From assembly GCA_964016885.1 (NCBI GenBank), contig CAXHJY010001764.1:1-64000 (forward strand): a stretch of 64,000 nt of DNA, written 5' to 3'. The position numbers were made by a program, and so were the translations under genes. This DNA comes from Eledone cirrhosa. Taxonomy: Eukaryota. Positions 1-11,973 of the stretch are shown here, piece after piece. Within the stretch, counting starts at the first letter, position 1; every line of letters starts with the position of its first letter. The notes beneath the pieces are model-generated. The model did not search any database. It was not told the origin of the DNA and saw nothing but the letters and a program-made list of their open reading frames with translations.

Positions 1-882
<882 letters not shown>

Positions 883-1004
883 GGAGGTGAGTTTTATTGT
901 AGTACAATAAAGCAATGCAGATATCGGATAAGAAGCACTCTACAGTTTGTGGGACTGGAGTATGCATAATATAAGATCAAAAGAGGGTTAAAGGAGTTCC
1001 ATAT

Positions 1005-1073
1005 ATTTTATTATGCGCATTTCAAAAACAAACATCATCAAGCAATAATATTTGTGTTTTCATCAGATAAAAC
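1005..1073 (-). ncRNA. Minimal type I hammerhead ribozyme in the PLE pLTR (sense to the ORF)
   Basis: Reverse complement reads GTTTTAT-CTGATGA-long stem II-GAAA-TGCGCA-TA-ATAAAAT. Confidence 0.85.
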
Positions 1074-2052
1074 AGGAGAACATGATATGAAGGCTAAAAA
1101 ACACTTGTTGATAGTGCAGTTTTAAATCAACATATGAAAAGTGGTTTTAGATTGATGTGTGATATTGGGAAAAATATTTTATTTAGAGAGAGGGGGGCGG
1201 AAGGATGAAAAGGGAAGGAGATGAGAGGGAGAGATGGGTGATAGAGAGAAAGATATAGTTTTTATAACTGAGAGGAGATATATTTTTTACATAGAGGGGT
1301 TGAAAACCGTTGGAAGATACTGTATAAATTAAAAATTTTGAAAATTAACGAAGGGAGGATATGTGCGAGGAAAAAATTTTTTATTTAGGGAGGGGGGGGG
1401 AGGATGAAAAAAAGGGGGAGGAGATGAGAGTGAAGGTGGAGAGGGAGAGATGGGTGATAGAGAGAAAGAGATAGTTTTTATAACTGAGAAAAAGATATAT
1501 TGTTTTAATATAGAGAGGTTGGGAACCGTTGGAAGATAATGTATAAATTAAAGGAATTTGAAAATTAACGAAGGGAAATTATGTATGAAGATAGAGAGAA
1601 AAAAATAATAATTGTGGGTGAATATTCTAACGTCAAAAGAAGAAATGTATGTATTGTGGCAATTTCAAAATTAGCGAAGAGAAAAGTTGCTATGGTTTGT
1701 GTGTAGAAGGATTTGAGAAAAATAATGTGAAGTTAAAGTTTGTATATTGAATTGATATGTATTAATAATGAGTTCGTTGATGGGGAGAAAAAAATAATAA
1801 TAAATTAAGGATGAAATTGAGATTAAAAAGATTTATGATAGAGAGAAAAAATAATAATGATTGCGGATGAATATTCAAAATGTCAAAAACAAATATTATT
1901 TTACGAGAAGATAGAATGAGGGTAATGAGTAAACAAGTATTATAGAGTGTATAATGCCCTTTAAAGTAAGGTAAGGTAGATGGGTATATTTTAAAGAGGT
2001 GTATCTATATGTGCCTTTGAGAAAAGATTTTAAATTGATAAAGAATTGAATA

Positions 2053-3621
2053 TTAACTGTATACTTTGTGAAAAGTTCTATGGAATTTATGCAGGCAGAT
2101 AGAAAACAAATCTGAGCGTCTGTTTATTATAGAATCTAGGTTAGAGATAATGGTAAATTTTTCATTTAGGCAGAGATTACAGATTTTAGATAGAGAGCTG
2201 TTCAAGTATGAGGATGCAGAAGAAATCTTTTTCCAAAAGATGTTATATTTAATGTTTTTGTCTTTTAAGGACCATATGAGTTCTGAGAGAGCAGTGTTAG
2301 TTCTTTTAAGTTTGTATTTGAAAGATGAATGATGATTATAGAGACGAGCTTTAAAAGAGGTGGAAGTGGAGCCAAAATAGGTGAAGGAATTGGTGCTAGT
2401 TATAATTTTACATTCATAAATTAGGTTTTTATCGAGGCAATGGTTGTTGAGAGGACATTTATTTTTGATGCGGCAGTTGCAATTAGAGAGATTATTAATG
2501 AGTGATCTAGTGTTATCTATAGAAGGAATTGGATTGGAGAAGTTGTTTGCGATAGGAATAATAGGAATAATAGTTTCTTGATTTAGAGTTGGATTATGAA
2601 CATTTAGCGAAGTTGTGTTTGACGTTGTATTTGGGTTTACAGAAGTTAGCCTAGGGTTTACAATGACGTCGGGAGTACTATTACTGTTATTATGAAATTC
2701 GATATTGGAAGGAAGAGATTTAGTATTTAATATTTTGTTGTTGTGTTTAGAGATGATGTTGGAAATATTGGAGGATGTAGAATACGAAAATTTGATGGTG
2801 TGTTTGTTAAATATTTTACTATAGATATGTGAGGGAGGGAAGCATTTATTTAAGGCACTAAAAAATAATTTAGGAATATTGTTATTAATAGAGATGGAGA
2901 AAGGAGCATTATACCAGATTATGTTTTTGTATCTAGGTCTTTTATTAAAATTATTGGAATGGTCATGATTAATTATTCTACTGTAAGTTTTCCTAGAATT
3001 TGTTTCTTTATTATATTTGATTTTATCTGGATAGCCGGCTTTAGAAAGTGCGTTATTATAGTAATTGGCGTTAGCATCAAAGATGTTTTTATTAGAAGAT
3101 ATGTTAGATATTCTATTTCCAATATTATTAACTATAGCATTCTTGATATTGGTAGGATGGTTAGATTTAAAGTTAACATAATTAAGATTCTCATTGTTTT
3201 TATGGTAAGGGTAATATAGGCCAGTGTCAAGATTAAGAGATACATCCAAGAAATTAGCTAGTTTGATACTATTATCAAATTCAATTTTTAGGTTATGTTG
3301 GTTAAAGAGATTACGTATATTGTTCTTAATAATATTAAGTTTAACTATATTGCAATTTAGGATAGTAAAGAGTCCATCGTCACGATAAATTCCACCGTGA
3401 AGTTGAGGAATTTTCCGACTCAAAGAGTTCAAAATGAAGATACCAATTAAATCAGTCAATTGGGATGAATCGGATGCTCCCATTGTGATGTCGAAGTTGT
3501 TAGAGGTATCGGCTCTGGTCCAATATTCGTTGTTGAACTCTAGGATGGTTTCACTCTCATCTCCTCCCCTTTTTTTCATCCTCCCCCCCCCCTCCCTAAA
3601 TAAAATATTTTTTCCTCGCAA
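2053..3621 (-). CDS. PLE RT C-terminal half + CxCx5C linker + GIY-YIG endonuclease (5'-truncated; the first ~24 aa come from the inverted pLTR)
   Basis: Motifs FDITMGASDS, IYRDDG, NFLDVSL, SNHP, WYNAPFS, CNCRIKNKCPL, LIYECKI..YFGST..FKARLYNH, CNLCLNEK. Confidence 0.85.
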   Translation of the reverse strand: MRGKNILFREGGGRMKKRGGDESETILEFNNEYWTRADTSNNFDITMGASDSSQLTDLIGIFILNSLSRKIPQLHGGIYRDDGLFTILNCNIVKLNIIKNNIRNLFNQHNLKIEFDNSIKLANFLDVSLNLDTGLYYPYHKNNENLNYVNFKSNHPTNIKNAIVNNIGNRISNISSNKNIFDANANYYNNALSKAGYPDKIKYNKETNSRKTYSRIINHDHSNNFNKRPRYKNIIWYNAPFSISINNNIPKLFFSALNKCFPPSHIYSKIFNKHTIKFSYSTSSNISNIISKHNNKILNTKSLPSNIEFHNNSNSTPDVIVNPRLTSVNPNTTSNTTSLNVHNPTLNQETIIPIIPIANNFSNPIPSIDNTRSLINNLSNCNCRIKNKCPLNNHCLDKNLIYECKIITSTNSFTYFGSTSTSFKARLYNHHSSFKYKLKRTNTALSELIWSLKDKNIKYNIFWKKISSASSYLNSSLSKICNLCLNEKFTIISNLDSIINRRSDLFSICLHKFHRTFHKVYS

Positions 3622-3905
3622 ATATCCTCCCTTCGTTAATTTTCAAAATTTTTAATTTATACAGTATCTTCCAACGGTTTTCAACCCCTCTATGTAAAAA
3701 ATATATCTCCTCTCAGTTATAAAAACTATCTCTTTCTCTCTATCACCCATCTCTCCCTCTCATCTCCTTCCCTTTTCATCCCCCCCCCCCCTCTAAATAA
3801 AATATTTTTCCCAATATCACACATCAATCTAAAACCACTTTTCATATGTTGATTTAAAACTGCACTATCAACAAGTGTTTTTTAGCCTTCATATCATGTT
3901 CTCCT

Positions 3906-3974
3906 GTTTTATCTGATGAAAACACAAATATTATTGCTTGATGATGTTTGTTTTTGAAATGCGCATAATAAAAT
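3906..3974 (+). ncRNA. Minimal type I hammerhead ribozyme (inverted pLTR copy)
   Basis: GTTTTAT CTGATGA AAACACAAATATTAT-TGCTTG-ATGATGTTTGTTTTT GAAA TGCGCA TA ATAAAAT. Confidence 0.85.
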
Positions 3975-4027
3975 ATATGGAACTCCTTTAACCATCTTTT
4001 GATCTTATATTATATGTATGTATATAT

Positions 4028-4102
<75 letters not shown>

Positions 4103-4144
4103 TATATATATATGTATGTATATATATATATATATATATGTATG

Positions 4145-4175
<31 letters not shown>

Positions 4176-4187
4176 GTATGTATATAT

Positions 4188-4228
<41 letters not shown>

Positions 4229-4253
4229 TATGTATGTATATATATATATGTAT

Positions 4254-4385
<132 letters not shown>

Positions 4386-4445
4386 AATATATATAAGTAT
4401 ATGTACGTATGTGTATATATATATATAAATATATGTATGTATGTG

Positions 4446-4482
<37 letters not shown>

Positions 4483-4498
4483 GTATAGATATATGTAT

Positions 4499-4842
4499 GC
4501 AGGCACATGGCTTAGTGGTTAGAGCATTGGCCTTGCAATCGAAAAGGTTGTGAGTTCAATTCTCAGACCGGGTGATGTGTTGTTTCCTTGAGCAAGACAC
4601 TTTATTTCACATTGCTCCAGTTTACTCAGCTGTATAAATGAGATGATAGGGACTGGGGTCCATATCATTCCACTGCAAAGTGGTCGTGGAGGCGCCACGG
4701 CAAAAAAGCACCCAGCACTCACTGTAAATGAGGTTGGTGTTAGGAAGGGCATCCAGCTGTAGAAATGAAGACAGAATCAGTTCCCGTCCCACCCTTGCAA
4801 GCAGGGACAAAGCGGACGTAAAATGAAATGATGATGATGATG
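4499..4842 (+). mobile_element. tRNA-derived SINE with RTE-derived body and 3' tail
   Basis: A box TGGCTTAGTGG, B box GAGTTCAATTC, central CCTTGAGCAAGACACTTTA domain, GGAAGGGCATCC module, and a tail matching the RTE end at 48150-48210 plus (GAT)n. Confidence 0.88.
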
Positions 4843-4845
4843 CAT

Positions 4846-5422
4846 ATCATCATCATCATCATCATCGTTTAACGTCCGTGTTCCATGCTTGCATGGGTTT
4901 GGACGGAGGGTTTTCCCACTTGAGGCAAGAGTGGATTATCTTGCTCGCATAGGACTATCTGGCGGGTTTTCTACAGCTGGATGCCCTTCCTAACACCAAC
5001 CACATTTACAGTGTGGGGCTGGGAGGTTTTTACCGTGTTGCCTACACGGCCACATTACAGCGTGAACTGTGTGTTTTTTGACGTGACACCTACACGATCT
5101 CATTTGTTTCGGCCTGGATGTTGTGGCACCAACATAACTTTACATTGAAAGGGGCGGTGTGGATGGGGTGGGGGTGGTGGGACGGGGGTGTATTTTGTTA
5201 GAGATGCCTACTGGCTGTAGTAGGTTTTACTTTGTATTTAGGTAAGGCGGGTCTTCTCTATTACTGAGTACCGCCAAAGGTCTCGATCCAGTGACATTGT
5301 CTTGGTGAGGTGTAAGTGTGTGAGGTCGGAATTTATCAGCTCGTCCCAGGTTTTTCTTGGTCTGCCTATTCCGTGGCTACCGTCTATCTTTATTGCCCTA
5401 CACTTTGTTATACAGCTATCGT
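4846..5422 (-). mobile_element. RTE LINE family A, 3' fragment
   Basis: Encodes [25 protein letters not shown]...; the 3' UTR and (CAT)n tail match 38141-38600. Confidence 0.9.
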
Positions 5423-6329
5423 ATATATAAATATATGTGTATATATATATATATATGTATATATATATGTATAGATATATGTATGCATATATATATATAT
5501 GTATAGATATATGTATGCATATATATATATATATATAGATATATGTATGCATATATATATAAATATATGTATATATATGTATGTATGTATGTATATATAT
5601 ATCTATATATGTATATATATAGATATATATATAAATATATGTATATATATAGATATATAAATATATGTATGTATATATATATAAATATATGTATGTATAT
5701 ATATATAAATATATGTATGTATATATATATATAAATATATGTATGTATATATATATAAACATATGTATATATATATGTATGTATATTTATAAATATATGT
5801 ATGTATATATATAGATATATATATAGATATATATATAAATATATGTATGTATATATATAGATATATATATATAAATATATGTATGTATAATATATAAATA
5901 TATGTATGTATAATATATAAATATATGTATGTATATATATATATATAGATATATGTATATATATATATATATGCATGTATATATATAGAGATATATGAAC
6001 ATATATATATATATGCATGTATATATAGATATATGTATGTATATAGATATATGTATATATATAGATATATGTATATATAGATATATGTATGTATATTTAT
6101 ATAGATATATGTATGTATATTTATATAAATATATGTATGTATATTTATATGAATATATGTATGTATATTTATATAAATATATGTATGTATATATATATAA
6201 ATATATGTATGTATGTATATATATATAAATATATGTATGTATATATATATATATAAATATATGTATGTATATATATATATATATATATAAATATATGTAT
6301 ATATATATATATATGTATATATATACCTT

Positions 6330-7302
6330 TTGAAAACCCGATCTGAACAACAGATACAAAATAAATTAAAGCAAATCGAAGTTGCTTTTAAATTAATCAA
6401 TAAACATTTGGATAAACTACGGTGTTTTTTCTTTGGATGCTGTCCAGCACCAGCAACAGCAGCAACAACGGCAACAACAACAACAGCTACAACAACAACA
6501 GCAGCAACAACAGCAACAACAACGACAACAACAACAGTGTGAACCACTCCTTGATTCATCAACAATGGCCGATCTACTAAATGAAACTATTGACCTCCCA
6601 GTAGCCTCTGTCTCACAGCAGGAAACGCCTCTTCCTTTCGCTGCCCCAGCAGTCCAATCATCACCACTGTCAACATCTCCTCTGCCTACTACTACTACTA
6701 CTACATCTTTGCCTACTGCTATCTCAAGAAATTTACCTTCTAATACCAGAACAAGAACTCTCCCTTCCACAGCCCACACAGGTCGTCAAAACCTACTCAA
6801 ACTATCATCTACACCTCTCACAACACATACATACATACCCACTCGAAACCCCATCATTTGCCGCTACTCTCTACGCTATAGAATATGTACGGATAGTGGC
6901 TGCAAATTCACCCATTTACCTAGGACAAAACGGTCTATCCCCACAAACAGCCACCATCATAATACATACTCTAATTTAACACCAACACAACCACCAATAA
7001 CTCAAACAAGGAATCCACAAATCTGCCGCTTTTCCCTGTGAGACAGATTGTCCCTTTACCCATCTCCCGGGGACCCGTCGGACAAATGAAAATAAAAATA
7101 AAAATAAAAGCAAAAACAAAAACCATAACCTACATAAAAATAACCACTACCACAGTCACCAACAGTCTCCTAAACAGGAAACTTCTTCCCCTTTTTTAGC
7201 TATAATGAATCTGGCAAAAGAACTGGAAAAAACATTCGAGCTATCACCCAGCACCACCCTCCACTATCACCCCACTGCACAAACTCCCATTGCTGCCATT
7301 AA
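6330..7302 (+). pseudogene. Frameshifted ORF1 with a polyglutamine tract and two CCCH-type zinc fingers
   Basis: First finger ICRYSLRYRICTDSGCKFTH. The second finger ICRFSL / TDCPFTHLPG is split by a frameshift near 7040. There is an apparent frameshift in the T-run near 6425. Confidence 0.6.
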
Positions 7303-10300
7303 CAAACAAACAAATTAACAACACACCAAAACAATTAAAACCATCCACTCTCGCCTCAACATTTTTGCTTAACGCCCAAGGCATCAGCCCTTCCACCAAT
7401 ACTCAAAAATGGAAGATCAAATTCCTGGAGGACTGGGTTGATGTCCATCCAAACCACATCCCTTTCTTCGTCCTCACTGAAACCCATCTCAGCAACCGCC
7501 ACTTGGAAGCCGAGGTGAAAGTGAAAAATTTCAAAGCCATCCGTGCTGATCGCGCTGGCAGAAGAAAGGGTGGGACTGCCATTTATGTCCATAATTCTTT
7601 CTCAACAGAGGCTATGAACATATTTACTAATGGATACTGCGAAGCAGTCACTGTATTCAGTCAAACCAACAACCTAATAGTAGTTGGGCTCTATAGGCCA
7701 CCCCAAACGCCTCTACCATGCTTCAAGGAATGCCTCAACAGCATAAAGTGTTTCATCCAAGAGTGTCACCCTGACAACATCTTAATGATGGGGGACTTCA
7801 ACCTCCCCGGAGTTGACTGGTCCACAAACAGCCTGCCACCAGGTTCTTCTGCCTCAACCTCTGACAGGGAAGCAGTGGAATCGCTTCTTGACTTCATAGA
7901 TGATTTCTTCCTGTCCCAACTGGTGCTCGAACCAACGAGGTGCCACAAAAACGTCCTAGACTTAATTTTCAGCAATCACACTGACACTATCCACAATATT
8001 GCAGTGGAGAAAACTCTACTCTCCGATCATGACATGGTTCTCTGTGTTCTGAGATTCCACCATCCAATATACAAACCCAATGTCATCTCTCCTGTCCATC
8101 CGTTTGACGCTATGGATTTCCACAAAGCAAACTGGGAAGCGATCAGTCATGATCTTGCACATGTCGACTGGTCCTTCACGCACACTCACACACCCACTAA
8201 CATCAAAAAGTCCTGGCAGACATTTGTGGACACTGTTACAAACATATGTGCAAAACACACCCCATTAAGAACTATAAACAAATCTAAGAGCAGAATCCCT
8301 AGAAATAGAAAAACGCTCATCAGGAAAATTAAGAGAACTAACAAAAAAATCAACAAGCTGAAATACTGTCAGCAGCAACACATAAACTTGACTGCCATTT
8401 CATCACTAGAGATTAAAAAACATAACCTCCAAAACAATATGATGTCTATCATCAACAATCAGAGAAGAGCTGAAGAGGCCTGGGCCATTGAGAAGATCAA
8501 ACTCAATCCCAAAGTGTTCTTTTCATTTGCAAAAAAACACAAAATCACTGGCTCTACTGTTGGCCCTCTAATTGATGAAAATGGCACTCTTCAAGACAAT
8601 GCTAAGACCATGGGTGAGATACTGCAGAAACAATACTGCTCTGTTTTCAGCAATCCTGATATGACCGATCTGGGCTGTATCGGCAATGTTACTCCCCATT
8701 ACACCTTATCGGACATAACGTTTGGCGCCCCTGATGTCTTAGCGGCAATAAAGGAAATCAAGCATAATTCAGCAGTAGGTCCTGATAGGTTCCCTGCTTG
8801 TGTCTTGAAGGCGTGTCAACACCAACTTGCATCTCCTCTTGCCAATCTGTGGCGGAACTCACTGGATGCTGGATATGTGCCAGAAAACCTTCTATCCCAG
8901 TCTGTTGTCCCAGTTTTCAAAAAAGGAAACAAATCCCTTGCCGTGAATTACCGTCCAATCTCACTCACCTCTCATATCATTAAGGTATTTGAGAGAGTAG
9001 TGAGATCGCGAATGACTCACTTCCTTGAGAGTAACAATATGCTGAACTCCAACCAGCATGGATTCCGTAATGGAAGGGATTGCCTGACGCAGCTACTGCA
9101 TCACTTTGATGACATATTGAGAGCCTTGGGAGAGGGTTCCAACACTGATGTTATCTACCTTGATTTCAGCAAGGCCTTTGACAGGGTTGATCACAACATT
9201 CTACTGAGAAAGCTGTCCAATATTGGTGTCACTGGAAAGCTGCTGCAGTGGATCAAGAGCTTCCTGTCAAACAGAACCCAACATGTTGTAGTCGAAGGAG
9301 TCAAATCCAGTCCAGCCAAAGTCAGTAGTGGGGTCCCACAAGGTACTGTGTTGGGCCCACTTCTCTTCATCATCTATATTAATGACATCACTGACATCAT
9401 CAAACACAGCAAGATTAGAATTTTCGCTGATGATTCCAAGCTCCAAAAGGTCATCAATGACGTGGATGACCGGATAAGCCTTCAGTCAGACCTACTGGCT
9501 GTTACTCAATGGGCAGAAAAGAACAACATGTTACTGAACGAAGACAAATTCGAACTGATCCACTTTGGAAAAGAGGATGCTCTGAAACTCCCGCACTCCC
9601 TTACCTCCGGTGAAACTCTTGTGGCATCTAACAACATCAGAGACTTGGGAGTAACCGTGGACAGCAACATAAGCTGGGTCACGCATATAAGCAGAAAAGT
9701 TGACATGGCCCGCAGAATGTGTTCCTGGATCGTCAGAACCTTCCAGTCGAGAGATTCCCACACCATTATCCTTCTCTTCTCCACTTTTGCCCGACCACAC
9801 CTTGAATACTGTTGTCCACTGTGGTCTCCCCACACGAAACAAAGTATCATGAAACTTGAAGCTCCCCAAAGGGCAATCACGAAAAAGATAGATGGCATGT
9901 CAGACCTTGACTACTGGGGTCGACTAGAAAAGCTGAAACTTTACTCACTCCAACGTCGCCGTGAGCATTATATTATCTGCATCATGTGGAAAATGTTTCA
10001 TCAGCACTGCCCAAATGATGTTGGCATCACCTTCAAAATACACCCAAGGCTTGGGCCCCGTGCTATCCGTCCCAAACAAAAATCTATATCGCAACTCATA
10101 ACAACAATACGGCACAATTATTTCACCTCAATTGGCCCTGCTCTCTTCAACATCACACCAGGACACGTCAAAACAGAAACTGACCACACAAAATTCAAGA
10201 AGTCTTTGGACAAATTCCTCCAAGTAATCCCGGACAAACCACCCACACCCGGATATGTCTCCGCAAACAGTAATTCCCTTCTCGAATGGGCCATGGTGCC

Positions 10301-10310
10301 CAAATCCTGA
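7290..10310 (+). CDS. LINE ORF2: apurinic-like endonuclease + reverse transcriptase, open for 1006 codons
   Basis: LNAQG, LTETHL, YRPP, GDFNLP, LDLIF, SDH; NYRPISL, QHGFR, YLDFSKAFD, GVPQGTVLGP, FADD. Confidence 0.93.
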   Translation: MLPLTNKQINNTPKQLKPSTLASTFLLNAQGISPSTNTQKWKIKFLEDWVDVHPNHIPFFVLTETHLSNRHLEAEVKVKNFKAIRADRAGRRKGGTAIYVHNSFSTEAMNIFTNGYCEAVTVFSQTNNLIVVGLYRPPQTPLPCFKECLNSIKCFIQECHPDNILMMGDFNLPGVDWSTNSLPPGSSASTSDREAVESLLDFIDDFFLSQLVLEPTRCHKNVLDLIFSNHTDTIHNIAVEKTLLSDHDMVLCVLRFHHPIYKPNVISPVHPFDAMDFHKANWEAISHDLAHVDWSFTHTHTPTNIKKSWQTFVDTVTNICAKHTPLRTINKSKSRIPRNRKTLIRKIKRTNKKINKLKYCQQQHINLTAISSLEIKKHNLQNNMMSIINNQRRAEEAWAIEKIKLNPKVFFSFAKKHKITGSTVGPLIDENGTLQDNAKTMGEILQKQYCSVFSNPDMTDLGCIGNVTPHYTLSDITFGAPDVLAAIKEIKHNSAVGPDRFPACVLKACQHQLASPLANLWRNSLDAGYVPENLLSQSVVPVFKKGNKSLAVNYRPISLTSHIIKVFERVVRSRMTHFLESNNMLNSNQHGFRNGRDCLTQLLHHFDDILRALGEGSNTDVIYLDFSKAFDRVDHNILLRKLSNIGVTGKLLQWIKSFLSNRTQHVVVEGVKSSPAKVSSGVPQGTVLGPLLFIIYINDITDIIKHSKIRIFADDSKLQKVINDVDDRISLQSDLLAVTQWAEKNNMLLNEDKFELIHFGKEDALKLPHSLTSGETLVASNNIRDLGVTVDSNISWVTHISRKVDMARRMCSWIVRTFQSRDSHTIILLFSTFARPHLEYCCPLWSPHTKQSIMKLEAPQRAITKKIDGMSDLDYWGRLEKLKLYSLQRRREHYIICIMWKMFHQHCPNDVGITFKIHPRLGPRAIRPKQKSISQLITTIRHNYFTSIGPALFNITPGHVKTETDHTKFKKSLDKFLQVIPDKPPTPGYVSANSNSLLEWAMVPKS

Positions 10311-10576
10311 ATTGAAACACTTCGCCAGGTGGTGCTATTTAGTTAGACATGGCCCAATACTGGCCAAATAATTTCTAAGTTATTCAAAGTTATATATATA
10401 AATAAATATGTATAAATATATGTGTATATATATGTATGTATATATATATATGTATATATATATACATATGTATATATATGTATAAATATATGTGTATATG
10501 TATGTATGTATGTATATATATATATACATATATATGTATGTATGTATGTATATATATATATACATATATATGTATG

Positions 10577-10610
<34 letters not shown>

Positions 10611-10713
10611 TATACATATATATATGTATATATATACATATGTATATATATGTGTGTATATATATATGTATACATATATATACATATGTATTTATGTGTG
10701 TATATGTATGTAT

Positions 10714-10883
10714 ATCATCATCATCATCATCATCATCATCAGGTTTAGCGTCCGTGTTCCACGCTTGCATGGGTTTGGACGGGGGCTTTCCCACTTGAGG
10801 CAAGAGTGATTGTCTTGCTCGCATAGGACTGTCTGGCGGGTTTTCTACAGTTGGATGCCCTTCCTAACACCAACCACATTTAC
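10714..10883 (-). mobile_element. RTE family A 3' end only
   Basis: Near-identical to 38141-38310. Confidence 0.85.
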
Positions 10884-10991
10884 ATATATATATATATGTA
10901 TGTATATATATGTGTATATATGTATGTATATATATGGGTATGTATGTATGTATATATGTATGTATGTATATGTATGTATGTATGTATATAT

Positions 10992-11147
10992 AGGTGTCAA
11001 TAATTGTCACAAGTGTAGTGTTTGTACCAGAGGTTTCAAGTCGCTGGCTGGACTAAAAAGCCACACTCGTTCAGCGCATCGGTAGGGGTTCTCCTACATG
11101 GATATAAAGTAGTGGCCGTACTCGAAAACGAGTTGGCAGCCACCATG
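10992..11147 (+). mobile_element. 3' end of a different LINE with a terminal C2H2 finger (RTE/BovB-like)
   Basis: [22 protein letters not shown] followed by a short UTR with a CTCG-AAAA-CGAG hairpin. Confidence 0.55.
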
Positions 11148-11419
11148 TATGTATATATATATATATATATATATGTATATGTATGTATATATATATGTAT
11201 ATATCATCATCATCATCATTTTATGTCCGCTTTTCCCTACTTGCAAGGGTGGGACGATATATATATGTATATATATGTATATATATATATACATATATAC
11301 ATGTATACATATATGTAGGTATACATATATTTGTATATATGTATATATATATATGTATATATATCGTCCCACCCTTGTAAGCAGGGAAAAGCGAACGTAA
11401 AATGATGATGATGATGATG

Positions 11420-11465
<46 letters not shown>

Positions 11466-11467
<2 letters not shown>

Positions 11468-11800
11468 CATCATCATCATTTTACATCCGCTTTCCCTGCA
11501 CGCAAGGGTGGGACGGGGACTGATGCTGGCTTGATTTCTACAGCTGGATGCCTTTCCTAACACCAACCTCATTTATAGTGAGTGCTGGGTGCTTTTTTTT
11601 CCGTGTCACATTCACGACCACTTTACAGTGGAATGATAGGGACCCCAGTCCCTATCATCTCATTTCTACAGCTGAGTAAATTGGAGCAATGTGAAATAAA
11701 GTGTCTTGCTCAAGGAAACAACACATCACCCGGTCTGAGAATTGAACTCACAACCTTTCGATTACAAGGCCAATGTCTAACCACTAAGCCATGTGCCTCC
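11466..11800 (-). mobile_element. tRNA-derived SINE
   Basis: Reverse complement of the 4499-4842 family. Confidence 0.88.
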
Positions 11801-11825
11801 ATCTTTACACATATACTCCATCTAT

Positions 11826-11962
<137 letters not shown>

Positions 11963-11973
11963 TATATATATCT

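Larger units (their letters stand above)
883..4012 (-). mobile_element. 5'-truncated Penelope-like retroelement (C-terminal GIY-YIG, probably Hydra-type) with an inverted partial pseudo-LTR
   Basis: 968-1433 is the reverse complement of 3551-4012. It encloses an RT-EN ORF, is flanked by TA tracts, and has an HHR in each repeat copy. Confidence 0.9.
6327..10390 (+). mobile_element. Two-ORF APE-RT LINE (CR1-like/Proto2-like; clade uncertain) inserted in (TA)n
   Basis: Disrupted ORF1 (polyQ, CCCH fingers), intact ORF2, short 3' UTR with a TGGCC..GGCCA hairpin and AAGTT end. Confidence 0.88.

Noticed and set aside
4499-4572. tRNA-like sequence
   Set aside because: It is the pol III head of a multi-copy SINE and has no convincing complete cloverleaf.
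6433-7041. PolyQ protein as a host gene
   Set aside because: It lies directly upstream of LINE ORF2 and has ORF1-type CCCH fingers.
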